Shown: positions 1 to 8,754 of the stretch, piece by piece
How the letters are laid out: the number at the start of each line of letters is the position of its first letter
Position numbering within the stretch: the stretch's first letter is position 1
Assembly (NCBI RefSeq): GCF_020103695.1
Contig: NZ_JAHXBF010000014.1
Coordinates: forward strand, 236,297 to 300,296
DNA: 64,000 nucleotides
Origin: Hyalangium versicolor
GTDB taxonomy: Bacteria > Myxococcota > Myxococcia > Myxococcales > Myxococcaceae
Direction: 5' to 3'
The notes under the pieces: model-generated
Told to the model about the DNA's origin: nothing
The model's database searches: none
What the model saw: the letters and a program-made list of their open reading frames with translations, nothing else
Made by a program: the position numbers and the translations under genes

Positions 1-1449
1 CCCCTCACCGCGTCCCTGCTGGCGAGTTCCAGCGAGTTCTTGAAGAAGGGCGACTTCGGCCGGGCGAAGCAGCTGGCCGAGGCGGCGTTCGAGATGGCGG
101 AGAAGACGGGCCGGAGCGGCGCGCTCGTGGAGGCCATTACCACCGCGGAGACGGATCCCGCCTCGCTGAAGGACGAGCTGATCAACTTCACCGAGAAGGC
201 GGCCAGCGAGGCCCCTCCGAGCAAGGGCAGCCTGGGCTATGTCATCGCGTACCGGGCTCCGGTCCGCGAAGGGGCGGATGAGCGGGATGACATCCTCACC
301 ATGCTTCCCGCGGATGCGGCGGTGAACGTGCTGAACATCCAGGGACAGTGGGCCCAGGTGGAGCTGGTGGCCAAACGGACGCCGTGGATGGCCGTGGAGC
401 TGGGGGATCTGGCGAAGGTCTCCGCGGGAGAGACCGCGGCGCTGTCTCCCGCCCAGCGGAGCGGACGTTCACGCGGGTTCATGACGCTGTCCGCGCTCCA
501 GTCGAAGCACTCGAGCGCCACAGAGCACCTCGCCAAGGTGAAGGCCCTCGCCCAGGACGAGCACGCCGAGCAACGGCTGGAGCTGCTCAAGCGGGCCTTG
601 ACCATCGCCGAGCCCAAGGAGGTGCCTGCTGTCGCCCCGGCGCTGATCGATGAGGCGTTCCAGCAGCAACGGTACCGGCTGGCGGTCGCGGCGGCCGTCC
701 GGCTGGTGGAAGAGGGACACGGCACCGCGCAGAAGCCTCGGGGTTCGGGGTGGAAGATCGAGACGGTCACCAGCATCTACGGGTGCTCGGGCTCTCCGCT
801 GGAGTCCCAGATCGAGCAGGTGGACTTCGAGCCCACTGGAGACATCTCGAAGCCCTCGGGCAGCGTCTGTGCCCTGGTGACGGGGCTGTCATCCCCCTGC
901 GACGTGTGCCTCTCGGATCTCTCCGAATACGACGCCGAGGAGCGCCAGCACGTGCTGCGCAACAAGGTCGCTGTCGACGGCGCCCTCACCAACCACGAGG
1001 ACGTGATCACGAACTACCTGAAGGCGACCTCCCGCCTCGAGGACGCGTTCCCTCGGCCCTCGCGGATGAAGGTGACGGTGCGCGCGGCCTCCGGCTCACC
1101 TCCCGGGCGGCTCTTCGTTTTCGAGCTGCCGCTCGAGGTGGAGCGCTACGAGTCCCAGTTGGGCGTCAAGCCGCTGTTCAGGGAGGCCCGTGTGTCCGAG
1201 GTGGCCCTGCCCGAATCCGCTGCCGATGGGCGCTGGGAGTACTGGATGAGCACCCTGCAGTGGGAGGACTCGGCCCACGGGGCGATCTTCTCCTCGGATC
1301 CCAAGTCCGCGTGGAAGTCGGTCCACGAGTTCGCGCGGGCGCTCGCGGCGAAGCCCAAGGAACTGCTCACGCGAAACGAGGCGGCGGGAGTGGTGTACTC
1401 GCTCCACATCTCGGAGGCCTGCGGCCGGTGCCCGAACCGGCGCAAGTGA
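1..1449 (+). CDS. hypothetical protein, 5'-truncated at the window edge (frame open from nt 1; first ATG at 40)
   Basis: 469-aa ORF with GC3-rich codon usage. Frame 1 has no stop between nt 1 and 40, so the gene probably starts upstream of the window. I recognise no catalytic motif; the segment GQWAQVEL..WMAVELGDLAKV resembles a bacterial SH3-like fold. Confidence 0.5.
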   Translation, partial: PLTASLLASSSEFLKKGDFGRAKQLAEAAFEMAEKTGRSGALVEAITTAETDPASLKDELINFTEKAASEAPPSKGSLGYVIAYRAPVREGADERDDILTMLPADAAVNVLNIQGQWAQVELVAKRTPWMAVELGDLAKVSAGETAALSPAQRSGRSRGFMTLSALQSKHSSATEHLAKVKALAQDEHAEQRLELLKRALTIAEPKEVPAVAPALIDEAFQQQRYRLAVAAAVRLVEEGHGTAQKPRGSGWKIETVTSIYGCSGSPLESQIEQVDFEPTGDISKPSGSVCALVTGLSSPCDVCLSDLSEYDAEERQHVLRNKVAVDGALTNHEDVITNYLKATSRLEDAFPRPSRMKVTVRAASGSPPGRLFVFELPLEVERYESQLGVKPLFREARVSEVALPESAADGRWEYWMSTLQWEDSAHGAIFSSDPKSAWKSVHEFARALAAKPKELLTRNEAAGVVYSLHISEACGRCPNRRK

Positions 1450-1503
1450 GCCGGTACAGGCCCTGTCCGGCTCCCTGCACGCACGAACCGTGGGGAGGAC
1501 GGC

Positions 1504-1926
1504 CTACGCCTTCACCAGCACGATGGGCTGGCCTTCCTTCACGTGCTTCATCGCCACCGAGTTCATGCAGTAGCGCAGCCCGGTGGGGGGCGGACCGTCC
1601 GGGAAGACGTGTCCCAGGTGGCCATCGCAGCGGGCACAGCGCACCTCGGTGCGCACCATGCCGTGAGAGCGATCGTGGTACTCCGTCACCGAGTCCGGGC
1701 CAATCGGCTGGTTGAAGGACGGCCAACCCGTACCGGACTCGAACTTCGTTCCCGACTTGAAGAGCGCGTTGCCACAGCCCGCGCAGACGTAGGTGCCCGG
1801 CTCCTTTGTGCCGAGGAAGCAGCCCGTCCCCGGATACTCCGTGCCGTGCTTGCGCAGCACGTCGTACTCCTCGGGGGTCAGACGATTGCGCCACTCGGCA
1901 TCGCTCAGCGTCAGCTTTTCCACCAT
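1504..1926 (-). CDS. msrB: peptide-methionine (R)-S-oxide reductase MsrB (SelR domain)
   Basis: Carries both Zn-binding CxxC pairs (CAGCGNALF and [17 protein letters not shown]) and GTGWPSF, the MsrB signature. Start set at the internal ATG 1924-1926, preceded by GGAGAGGAG, because the conserved region begins at [24 protein letters not shown]. The ORF stays open up to 2022. Confidence 0.9.
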   Translation of the reverse strand: MVEKLTLSDAEWRNRLTPEEYDVLRKHGTEYPGTGCFLGTKEPGTYVCAGCGNALFKSGTKFESGTGWPSFNQPIGPDSVTEYHDRSHGMVRTEVRCARCDGHLGHVFPDGPPPTGLRYCMNSVAMKHVKEGQPIVLVKA

Positions 1927-2039
1927 GCGATCTCGCTCCTCTCCAACGGTGAGATCCGCCAGTGCTCGGCGGTCTCCTTCTCTATAACGCACGGCTGCCT
2001 CCTTGGCTGCGAAGCCAGCCATCCCGAGTGCTGGAGTGT

Positions 2040-2855
2040 ATGCTTCCTCGCCTCATGCCCACCCTGCAGAGCGAGCGGGAGCCAGGCCCCACCATCCCTG
2101 ATCGACTCCGGCTGCCGCTGCGCTTCGATGCGGCGCGCCTCCAGGAGGATCTGGACCGGTTGGCACCGGAAGACTGGGTGCCGCACTTCAACAAGGGCTA
2201 CTACCAGGGCGAGTGGAGCGGTGTTGCCCTGCGCGCCGTGGGAGGCAGGGCGGGCGGGCTCTATCCCGATCCCGCCGCCCAGGAGCCGTTCGCCGACACT
2301 CCGATGCTCGATCGCTGTCCCGCGGTGCGCGAGGCCTTGAGCACCTTCGGATGCCCCCTGCTCTCGGCCCGGCTGTTGAAGCTGGCGGCAGGCGCCCGGA
2401 TCCGGGAGCACCGTGACTACAACCTGGGCTACGAGGACGGAGAGGTCCGCCTCCACATCCCCATCACCACCAACCCGGAGGTGGAGTTCCACCTGGAGGG
2501 CCGGCGCATCCCCTTCGTGCCGGGAGAGTGCTGGTACCTGAACTTCAACCAGCCCCACCGGGTGGAGAACCTCGGGAGCACGGATCGCGTCCACCTGGTG
2601 GTGGACTGCGTGCTGAACGACTGGCTGCGGACACTCTTCGCTCGCGCGGTGGCGCGGGAAGAGCTGGATCGCTTCATCCAGCATGTCCTGTCGGAGCCCA
2701 CGCTCCAACGGCAGCTCCTGGAGACACCCGAGCCCAAGGTCTTCGCCGAGATGGTCCAACGAATGGGCACGGAGCTGGGCCACGTGTTCTCCGCGGAGGA
2801 TCTCCAGTCCGCGCTCCAGGAGGCTCGGCGCACCTGGCGGGAGCGGTGGGTATGA
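2040..2855 (+). CDS. aspartyl/asparaginyl beta-hydroxylase-family (cupin, 2OG/Fe) protein with a C-terminal Nif11-like domain
   Basis: [17 protein letters not shown]...HRDYN...VRLHIPI...[14 protein letters not shown] is typical of the AspH/LpxO-type hydroxylase family. The last ~55 aa ([48 protein letters not shown]) match the Nif11 domain pattern F..V...P.LQ..L.......V..M...G.ELG..FS.EDL. The start is ambiguous among GTG 1962, ATG 2040 (GGAG 4 nt upstream) and ATG 2055. The stop overlaps the next gene's start (ATGA). Confidence 0.7.
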   Translation: MLPRLMPTLQSEREPGPTIPDRLRLPLRFDAARLQEDLDRLAPEDWVPHFNKGYYQGEWSGVALRAVGGRAGGLYPDPAAQEPFADTPMLDRCPAVREALSTFGCPLLSARLLKLAAGARIREHRDYNLGYEDGEVRLHIPITTNPEVEFHLEGRRIPFVPGECWYLNFNQPHRVENLGSTDRVHLVVDCVLNDWLRTLFARAVAREELDRFIQHVLSEPTLQRQLLETPEPKVFAEMVQRMGTELGHVFSAEDLQSALQEARRTWRERWV

Positions 2856-3868
2856 CGGAGCCCGAGCAGGGAGCTCTCCCCTCCGCCGAGTGGATTCCCA
2901 TCCGGCTCTACTCGAAGGACTCCCGATTCTTCGTGGACTGGTGCCACCTGCGGGGGATGCGCCTCACCGAACCCTTCTACGATCAGAGCATCGAGCGCTG
3001 CCTGCGCCATCCGTTCTCCCTGCTGTTCCGCCCGCAGACTCCCGTCGAGAGGCTGGTCGAACCTCGGGCCCTGCAAGGCTCGCTGGCGCCTCGGGGGTTC
3101 ATCTTCCACCTGTCGCGCTGTGGCTCGACGCTGGTCTCGCAGATGCTGGCGGCGCTCCCGCGCAACGTGGTCCTGTCCGAAGCGGGCCCCATCGACTCGG
3201 TGCTCCGTGCGCACCTGCACGTGCCTGGCGTCACCGACTCACAGCGCATCGAGTGGCTGAGGGGCATGGTGGCGGCGCTCGGTCGCCAGCGCCACGCGGA
3301 GGAGCAGCACCTCTTCATCAAGTTCGACGCCTGGCACGTGCTGGAATTGCCGCTGCTCCAGCGAGCCTTTCCCGGTGTCCCGTGGATCTTCCTCTACCGG
3401 GATCCGGTGGAGATCATGGCCTCGCACCAGGGCCACAAGGGCGCTCACATGCTGCCCGGGGTGCTCGAACCATCGCTCCTGGGACTGGAGCCCGAGCAGG
3501 TGAAGGCGATGGCGCTGGAGGAGTACGGCGCGCGCGTCCTGGCCCACCTGTGTGAGACCGCCCTGAAGGCCTGGCGTGAGCGAGTCAGCCCCGCGCTCCT
3601 GGTGCACTACCAGCAGCTTCCGGAAATCGTCCTGGACACCCTGCCGACACACTGGGGAGTCGGCTTCACGGCGGAGGAACTCGATCTCATGCGCGAGGCT
3701 GCGCGGCTCGACGCGAAGAACCCTGTATTGCCCTTCGCGGACGACACGGCTGCCAAGCAACGGGCACTCAAGTCACCTGCCCGAGAGCAGGTGGAGCGAT
3801 GGGTGCGTCCTCTCTATGAGGCCCTCGAGGCCGTGAGGAATGAGGCGCTCGGGCCGGCCTCATCCTGA
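2852..3868 (+). CDS. sulfotransferase-family protein
   Basis: FIFHLSRCGSTLVSQML is a 5'-PSB-like P-loop, and an RDP motif lies downstream (IFLYRDPVEIMAS). The ATG at 2852 overlaps the hydroxylase stop (ATGA, translational coupling). The longer ORF from 2528 is an in-frame upstream extension through the hydroxylase gene. Confidence 0.75.
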   Translation: MTEPEQGALPSAEWIPIRLYSKDSRFFVDWCHLRGMRLTEPFYDQSIERCLRHPFSLLFRPQTPVERLVEPRALQGSLAPRGFIFHLSRCGSTLVSQMLAALPRNVVLSEAGPIDSVLRAHLHVPGVTDSQRIEWLRGMVAALGRQRHAEEQHLFIKFDAWHVLELPLLQRAFPGVPWIFLYRDPVEIMASHQGHKGAHMLPGVLEPSLLGLEPEQVKAMALEEYGARVLAHLCETALKAWRERVSPALLVHYQQLPEIVLDTLPTHWGVGFTAEELDLMREAARLDAKNPVLPFADDTAAKQRALKSPAREQVERWVRPLYEALEAVRNEALGPASS

Positions 3869-5236
3869 GCCCACAATCCGATTCTTCAACCGGTTGAGCA
3901 CCTGATCGTACAGCTGTCGACGCCGGGTGTCGGGCACGGCAACGAACTGATCCTTGAGCCTGCGCACCCATCCCACGGCCATCCAAGCCAGACTCCTCTG
4001 GATGGCTTCCAGTTCACGGTCCAGGTTGGAGCTGCGGGAGCGCTCGGCTTCGAGGGAGTCCCGAAGGCGCTTCAGCTCCGCGGCATTGGCCTCCACTTCC
4101 GCCGAACGCTCCTGAGCTTGTGTCCGGACCTCAGCCAGGAGCCTCTCGATTCTGGCCTGGCGGGACTGCGCCTCCCGCAACGCATGCTCCTGCTGCCGCA
4201 ACAGCGCCTGAGCCTGCAACCGCCCCGCCGTGGCCTCCGCATGGACCTGACCCTCTCGGCCATAAGCGCTTCGGGACTGCTCGCCGAGGGCCACTCCAGA
4301 CTGCCGTACTCTCGCGTAGAGCGCCGACAGCTCCTCCACCCTCCGGCTGAGGCTGTACTCGCGCCAGACCCGCTCGGCGAGCCGCGCGACATCCACCTGC
4401 CTCGCCTCCTCGAACAGCAGGTGCTCCAGTTCCTCCCGAGATGGGCGCGAGCGGGTGAACCGTCCGGAGAAATTCACGGAGGCCAGGCTCTCCAAACGCT
4501 CCGCCGTCAACAGCCCGTCACAGCCATGCACGTCGTACACCAGACAGGGACGCTGGAGCGCCGCCGCCAGCAACACGGTTCGGCCAATGGTGATGACACG
4601 ATCAAAGCCGCGCAGCAGTTCCGGGGTGATCTCCACGGAGTTCTCGGGCAACCCCAGATGCGTCCAGGTCATCTCCGGATGCGCGGTGCGAATGGTCTCG
4701 AGATCCCGAGCCAGCGTCTCATCCAGGTGATTGGTCACCACCGCGATGCGACGGGCCTCACCAGGCACTTCGGGTGAGAGGGGCTGCATTGCGGTGTCAT
4801 CGAACCAGTTCCGGAAGACGGAGAGCGGCGCCGCAGCCCCGAACCGAGAGCGCCGCAGCACGGCTTCCACCTCCTCCGAGACCGCCAACCCGTGGGCGAC
4901 GCCCTCCCAGCAAAGAGGCGCTGCCTCGAGAGGAGGCGTCACCCCGAGCGAGGAAAACACCCCGGTCCCTCGCACCTGGAGAGCCCCCAGGAAGTAGAGG
5001 CAAGGTGCGTGGTGGATGTGGAGAATCTCGGGATCGAACGCTTCGATCCGCGCGACATCTCCCGGCAGGAACACCGTCACCCCTCGCCGCGCCATCTCCT
5101 CGGAGACAAGCCCTGACTCAAAGGTGAAGACGGCGACCTGGTGACCCGCGCGTCGCAGGGCCGAAGCCAGTTCCAGGGAGTACAGCTCGGATCCTGCCCG
5201 GCTGTTCAGGTGGTGGTTGGCGAAAAGGATCCTCAT
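3860..5236 (-). CDS. GT-B fold glycosyltransferase (GT4-like N-terminus) with a ~150-aa C-terminal coiled-coil tail
   Basis: The N-terminus MRILFANHHLNSRAGSELYSLELASALRRAGHQVAVFT is a typical Glyco_trans_4 start. The C-terminal third is heptad-rich and charged (REAQSRQARIERLLAEVRTQAQERSAEVEANAAELKRLRDSLEAERSR). It converges on the sulfotransferase with a 9-nt overlap. Confidence 0.65.
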   Translation of the reverse strand: MRILFANHHLNSRAGSELYSLELASALRRAGHQVAVFTFESGLVSEEMARRGVTVFLPGDVARIEAFDPEILHIHHAPCLYFLGALQVRGTGVFSSLGVTPPLEAAPLCWEGVAHGLAVSEEVEAVLRRSRFGAAAPLSVFRNWFDDTAMQPLSPEVPGEARRIAVVTNHLDETLARDLETIRTAHPEMTWTHLGLPENSVEITPELLRGFDRVITIGRTVLLAAALQRPCLVYDVHGCDGLLTAERLESLASVNFSGRFTRSRPSREELEHLLFEEARQVDVARLAERVWREYSLSRRVEELSALYARVRQSGVALGEQSRSAYGREGQVHAEATAGRLQAQALLRQQEHALREAQSRQARIERLLAEVRTQAQERSAEVEANAAELKRLRDSLEAERSRSSNLDRELEAIQRSLAWMAVGWVRRLKDQFVAVPDTRRRQLYDQVLNRLKNRIVGSG

Positions 5237-5313
5237 GACTGTTGGACGTCATAACGTCCACTTGCAACTCAAACAATCCGGATTTTCCCCAAACCGAAGG
5301 TGACGCTGGGGGC

Positions 5314-6864
5314 TCAAGGAGAGCCAGCAAACGGCCAGAGGAACCCCGGTTGGCGGATGAGCGCTGGAGCCTTCCGGCCCTGCCAGCGGACGCCCTCTCC
5401 AGGCCGCAGCAGCAGTGCACGAGGGCCGCGCCTCCTCTGCCGGTGGATCTGCTCCAGCCGCTCCGGATACGGGTCCGCATCCGGATTCTCATCCAGGGTG
5501 CTGGCACCGCTCACGGGCTCACCGGGATAGCCCGGGTAGCGCGGGCCCATCCCTTCCCGCCAGTACCACGGCGCCCCTCCGTCCGCACACGGGACCACAT
5601 AGCGCGCACCGAGCAGCTCACCGAACTCCAGCGCTTCCTCGGGCCCCGCCATGAGCTGCTGCGGCCGGGTGAGCGCATTCCGAGGCACATCCACCAGGAA
5701 CGCATCCAGCGTGGTGAACCCGAAGAAGAGCGGCTTGAGCCGGAAGCCGCGCACGCCACAGAACAGCACGTCAACGGGCCCCTCTTCGCGAACACGGCGG
5801 CAGACGGTCCGCATGTTGCCCCGCACATCGTGCCCGGCATCCGCGAAGAAGGCCGCCGAGAAGCCCGGCGTGCGCACCAGCCACGTGTTCCCCTCGTTGA
5901 AGAGATCCGGGTAGAGGCCCTGCTCATCGGTCGGCTGCTCTCCATGGAACGGCAGGGCGCGCACTGTGAGATCCCCCACCTGACGCTCCTCACCCCAGCA
6001 CAGCGGCTCCACGCGCGTGAAGCCGAGCTGGCCCAGCCGCAGCGCACAATCCGTGGAGAAGAGACTCTCGCGCTCCACCGCGGGAACGAAGATCCGCGTA
6101 TCCCTCGGAAGCTGCAGCAGGGATCCCAGGTGGAAGTGATCCCCATGGGAGTGAGTGATGAGCACCGCGTCGATCTGGCCGAGATCTCTCGGGTGCACTG
6201 GCGGATAGCCTGGCAGATCAATCCCACTCATGGGCCGGAAGTACGGATCCACCAGGACCCGCGCCTCACGGCCGGCGACGAGCACCGTGTTGTGGCCAGC
6301 GAAGAGCGCCCCCGGGGAGGGAATCTCTAGGGCCCCCTCGTGGCGTACCAACCACCCTGCCCCCGCCATGTCGTTGATCAGCTCCGCCACGGCAGGAACC
6401 GCGGAGAGGGTCCTCAGCTCGGCACGGCTGGCCCCACGTGCGAGTGCGGCGAACAGATCCGAGATCGCCGGCCACTCACCCTTGCCGACGGGGACATCCA
6501 GCCCGAGCTGCTCCTGGCGCAGGTGCAGCACGCGAGGCTGGTGGCGCCTCGCATCGGGGAACAGCACCTCGCGCCGCAGCACCCGACGTCCGCCGCGCCG
6601 TTTCTTGCCCTCACAGAGCGCGGCGTAGCGAGGCGTCTCCTCCAGCCAGCGCACCAGCGAGCGCGCCTCACGAAGCGCCCGATCCGGCCCCAGTACGGCG
6701 AGCTGCCGCTTCAGCGCGACATGGGCCCGACGCACCGGCCGCGAGGCAGGCCCCTGGATGCTGCACCCCAGATCCTCATGGTGCTCCGCCTCGGTCCGAG
6801 CCGAGGCCAGGACCGCCAGACTGACGCCGCGATGGAGGGTGATCCGCATGGAGCCAGAGCCCAA
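5314..6864 (-). CDS. MBL-fold metallo-hydrolase with a ~180-aa N-terminal extension
   Basis: Carries the HSHGDH metallo-beta-lactamase motif (VLITHSHGDHFHLGSLL) and downstream His/Asp ligands. Lies 78 nt upstream of the glycosyltransferase on the same strand. The start could also be the ATG at 6849. Confidence 0.7.
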   Translation of the reverse strand: MGSGSMRITLHRGVSLAVLASARTEAEHHEDLGCSIQGPASRPVRRAHVALKRQLAVLGPDRALREARSLVRWLEETPRYAALCEGKKRRGGRRVLRREVLFPDARRHQPRVLHLRQEQLGLDVPVGKGEWPAISDLFAALARGASRAELRTLSAVPAVAELINDMAGAGWLVRHEGALEIPSPGALFAGHNTVLVAGREARVLVDPYFRPMSGIDLPGYPPVHPRDLGQIDAVLITHSHGDHFHLGSLLQLPRDTRIFVPAVERESLFSTDCALRLGQLGFTRVEPLCWGEERQVGDLTVRALPFHGEQPTDEQGLYPDLFNEGNTWLVRTPGFSAAFFADAGHDVRGNMRTVCRRVREEGPVDVLFCGVRGFRLKPLFFGFTTLDAFLVDVPRNALTRPQQLMAGPEEALEFGELLGARYVVPCADGGAPWYWREGMGPRYPGYPGEPVSGASTLDENPDADPYPERLEQIHRQRRRGPRALLLRPGEGVRWQGRKAPALIRQPGFLWPFAGSP

Positions 6865-6917
6865 GAGCGGGGCCGAGGACCCGCGCCCCCAGTCGAGACC
6901 AGGAGCGCGACGCCCGC

Positions 6918-8690
6918 TTACGGCACGCGCGTGATCCGGCCCGTCGTGGGCGGAGTCAGCGGGTTGTTGGTGCGCAGGTAGGCATCCACCGCGTCGAGAT
7001 CGATAGGGCCGGTGAGAACATCCGTGCCCTGGGTGAACGTCGCGTAGCCGTCTCCACCGGAGGCCATGAAGTTGTTCACCGTGACGCGGTAGGTCGCCAC
7101 CGGATCGATGACCACGCCGTTGAGCTTGATGGAAGCCGGGTCGATCTTGTCACCGGCCGGGCCCGACGCCTTCCAGGTGTAGGAGAAGCCCTGCGACGCC
7201 TGCATGATGAGCGGGAAGCCACTCGTCTGGTTCGGCGGGAACTGCTCCTCCAGCACCTTCTCGATCTGCGCGCCGGTGAGCGTGAGCGTCGTCAGGTTGT
7301 TGGCGAAGGGCTGCACGGCAAAAGCCTCGCCGTAGGAGATCTCCCCTTCGTTGATGTCCGCGCGCACGCCGCCCGCGTTCTGGAAGGCGATGACGGCCTT
7401 GCCTGTCTGATCGTTGCTCGTGGCCGCGAGCATCGCATCCGCGATGACGCTGCCCAGCGAGTACTCGCCCGACGCGCTCGCTGGGAGCGGACGCACCGGC
7501 GCCTTCAGCGCCACGGGGGTGTTGCCGATGACGCGGTTGGCCAGCGGCGCAGCCTTGGCGACGAAGTCCTTCACGACCGCATCTACGGGCATGTCCGCGT
7601 TGTCGCGGGTGACGACGATGTTGCGCGCGGTCACCTCGATCACGTCGTGCGAGACGGGGTCCAGCTTCAGGTCGATATCAGTGATGACACGGCCGAAGCT
7701 GGCGGCGCTCGTCACGCGCTTGTTGTTGATGACGCAGTTGTAGGCCGCGTGAGTGTGGCCGGAGACGACCACATCCACCGCAGGATCGAACCGGTTGACG
7801 ATGTCCAGGATGGCGCCCGAGACGCCATCGCAGTTGTCGGCGAGGCCCGGCGGGGCCAGCTGGGCGCCACCCTCGTGGATCAACACCACGATGGCCTCCA
7901 CACCCTGCTGCTTCAGCTCGGGAACGAGCGCGTTGACCGTGTCCGCCTCGTCCTGGAAGGTGAGGCCCACGATGCCAGCCGGGTTGACGATCTTCGACGT
8001 GCCCTCCAGCGTCATCCCCACGAAGCCCACCTTCACGCCGTCGAACTCGCGGATCGTGTAGGCCGGCAACAGCGTCTTCCGGGTGGCGACATCGGTGAAG
8101 ACGTTGGCCGAGAGGAACTTGAACTTCGCGCCGGTGAACGTGGTGCCGGCCTGACAGCCCTCCACGGGGTGGCAGCCGCCATTCTGCATGCGCAGCAGCT
8201 CTTCGCGGCCGTCATCGAACTCGTGGTTGCCCACCGTGTTGATGTCCAGCCCGATCATGTTCATCACGTCGATGGTGGGCTCGTCGTGGAAGATGCCCGA
8301 GATCAGGGGCGAGGCACCGATCAGATCTCCCGCCGACACGACCACCGTGTGCTCGGGGTCTTCCTGGCGCAGCTGGTTGATGTGGTACGCGAGGAAGGCC
8401 GCGCCGCCCGCATTCACCTCGGTGGTCGAAACGCCGCCATCCTCGAGGGTGGTCCCGCCATCCGCGAGGGGGGAGATCACCTTGACGCGCCCGTTGCTTC
8501 CCGAGGGAGGCTCCAGGTTGCCGTGGAAGTCGTTGAGGCCGATCAGCTGGACGTGGACCGGTGAAGCACTGGGAACCGGATCATCGTCCCCACAGCCGAT
8601 GTAGATGAGCAAAGAGCCTACAACGAGCGTCCCAAGGAGAAGGAGGGCACGATAGCGCCCCTGATCAGAGGGGGAATGGGAGTGGGTCAT
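6918..8690 (-). CDS. bifunctional metallophosphatase/5'-nucleotidase (UshA-like), lipoprotein
   Basis: Calcineurin-like motifs GLNDFHG, GNHEFD and GHTHA are followed by a 5'-nucleotidase C-terminal domain. The preferred start MTHSHSP...LLIYIGCGDD gives a lipoprotein signal with lipobox IGC. The ORF is open to 8819. Confidence 0.8.
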   Translation of the reverse strand: MTHSHSPSDQGRYRALLLLGTLVVGSLLIYIGCGDDDPVPSASPVHVQLIGLNDFHGNLEPPSGSNGRVKVISPLADGGTTLEDGGVSTTEVNAGGAAFLAYHINQLRQEDPEHTVVVSAGDLIGASPLISGIFHDEPTIDVMNMIGLDINTVGNHEFDDGREELLRMQNGGCHPVEGCQAGTTFTGAKFKFLSANVFTDVATRKTLLPAYTIREFDGVKVGFVGMTLEGTSKIVNPAGIVGLTFQDEADTVNALVPELKQQGVEAIVVLIHEGGAQLAPPGLADNCDGVSGAILDIVNRFDPAVDVVVSGHTHAAYNCVINNKRVTSAASFGRVITDIDLKLDPVSHDVIEVTARNIVVTRDNADMPVDAVVKDFVAKAAPLANRVIGNTPVALKAPVRPLPASASGEYSLGSVIADAMLAATSNDQTGKAVIAFQNAGGVRADINEGEISYGEAFAVQPFANNLTTLTLTGAQIEKVLEEQFPPNQTSGFPLIMQASQGFSYTWKASGPAGDKIDPASIKLNGVVIDPVATYRVTVNNFMASGGDGYATFTQGTDVLTGPIDLDAVDAYLRTNNPLTPPTTGRITRVP

Positions 8691-8754
8691 TCGCGCCAAG
8701 GGAAATACCTGAAAATGGATCCTTGCGGAACCAAGTAAGAGCGAAGGCCGAGGG

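Noticed and set aside
2161-2180. TGGCAC hexamer resembling a sigma-54 -24 element
   Set aside because: It lies inside the hydroxylase coding sequence and lacks a properly spaced TTGC -12 element.
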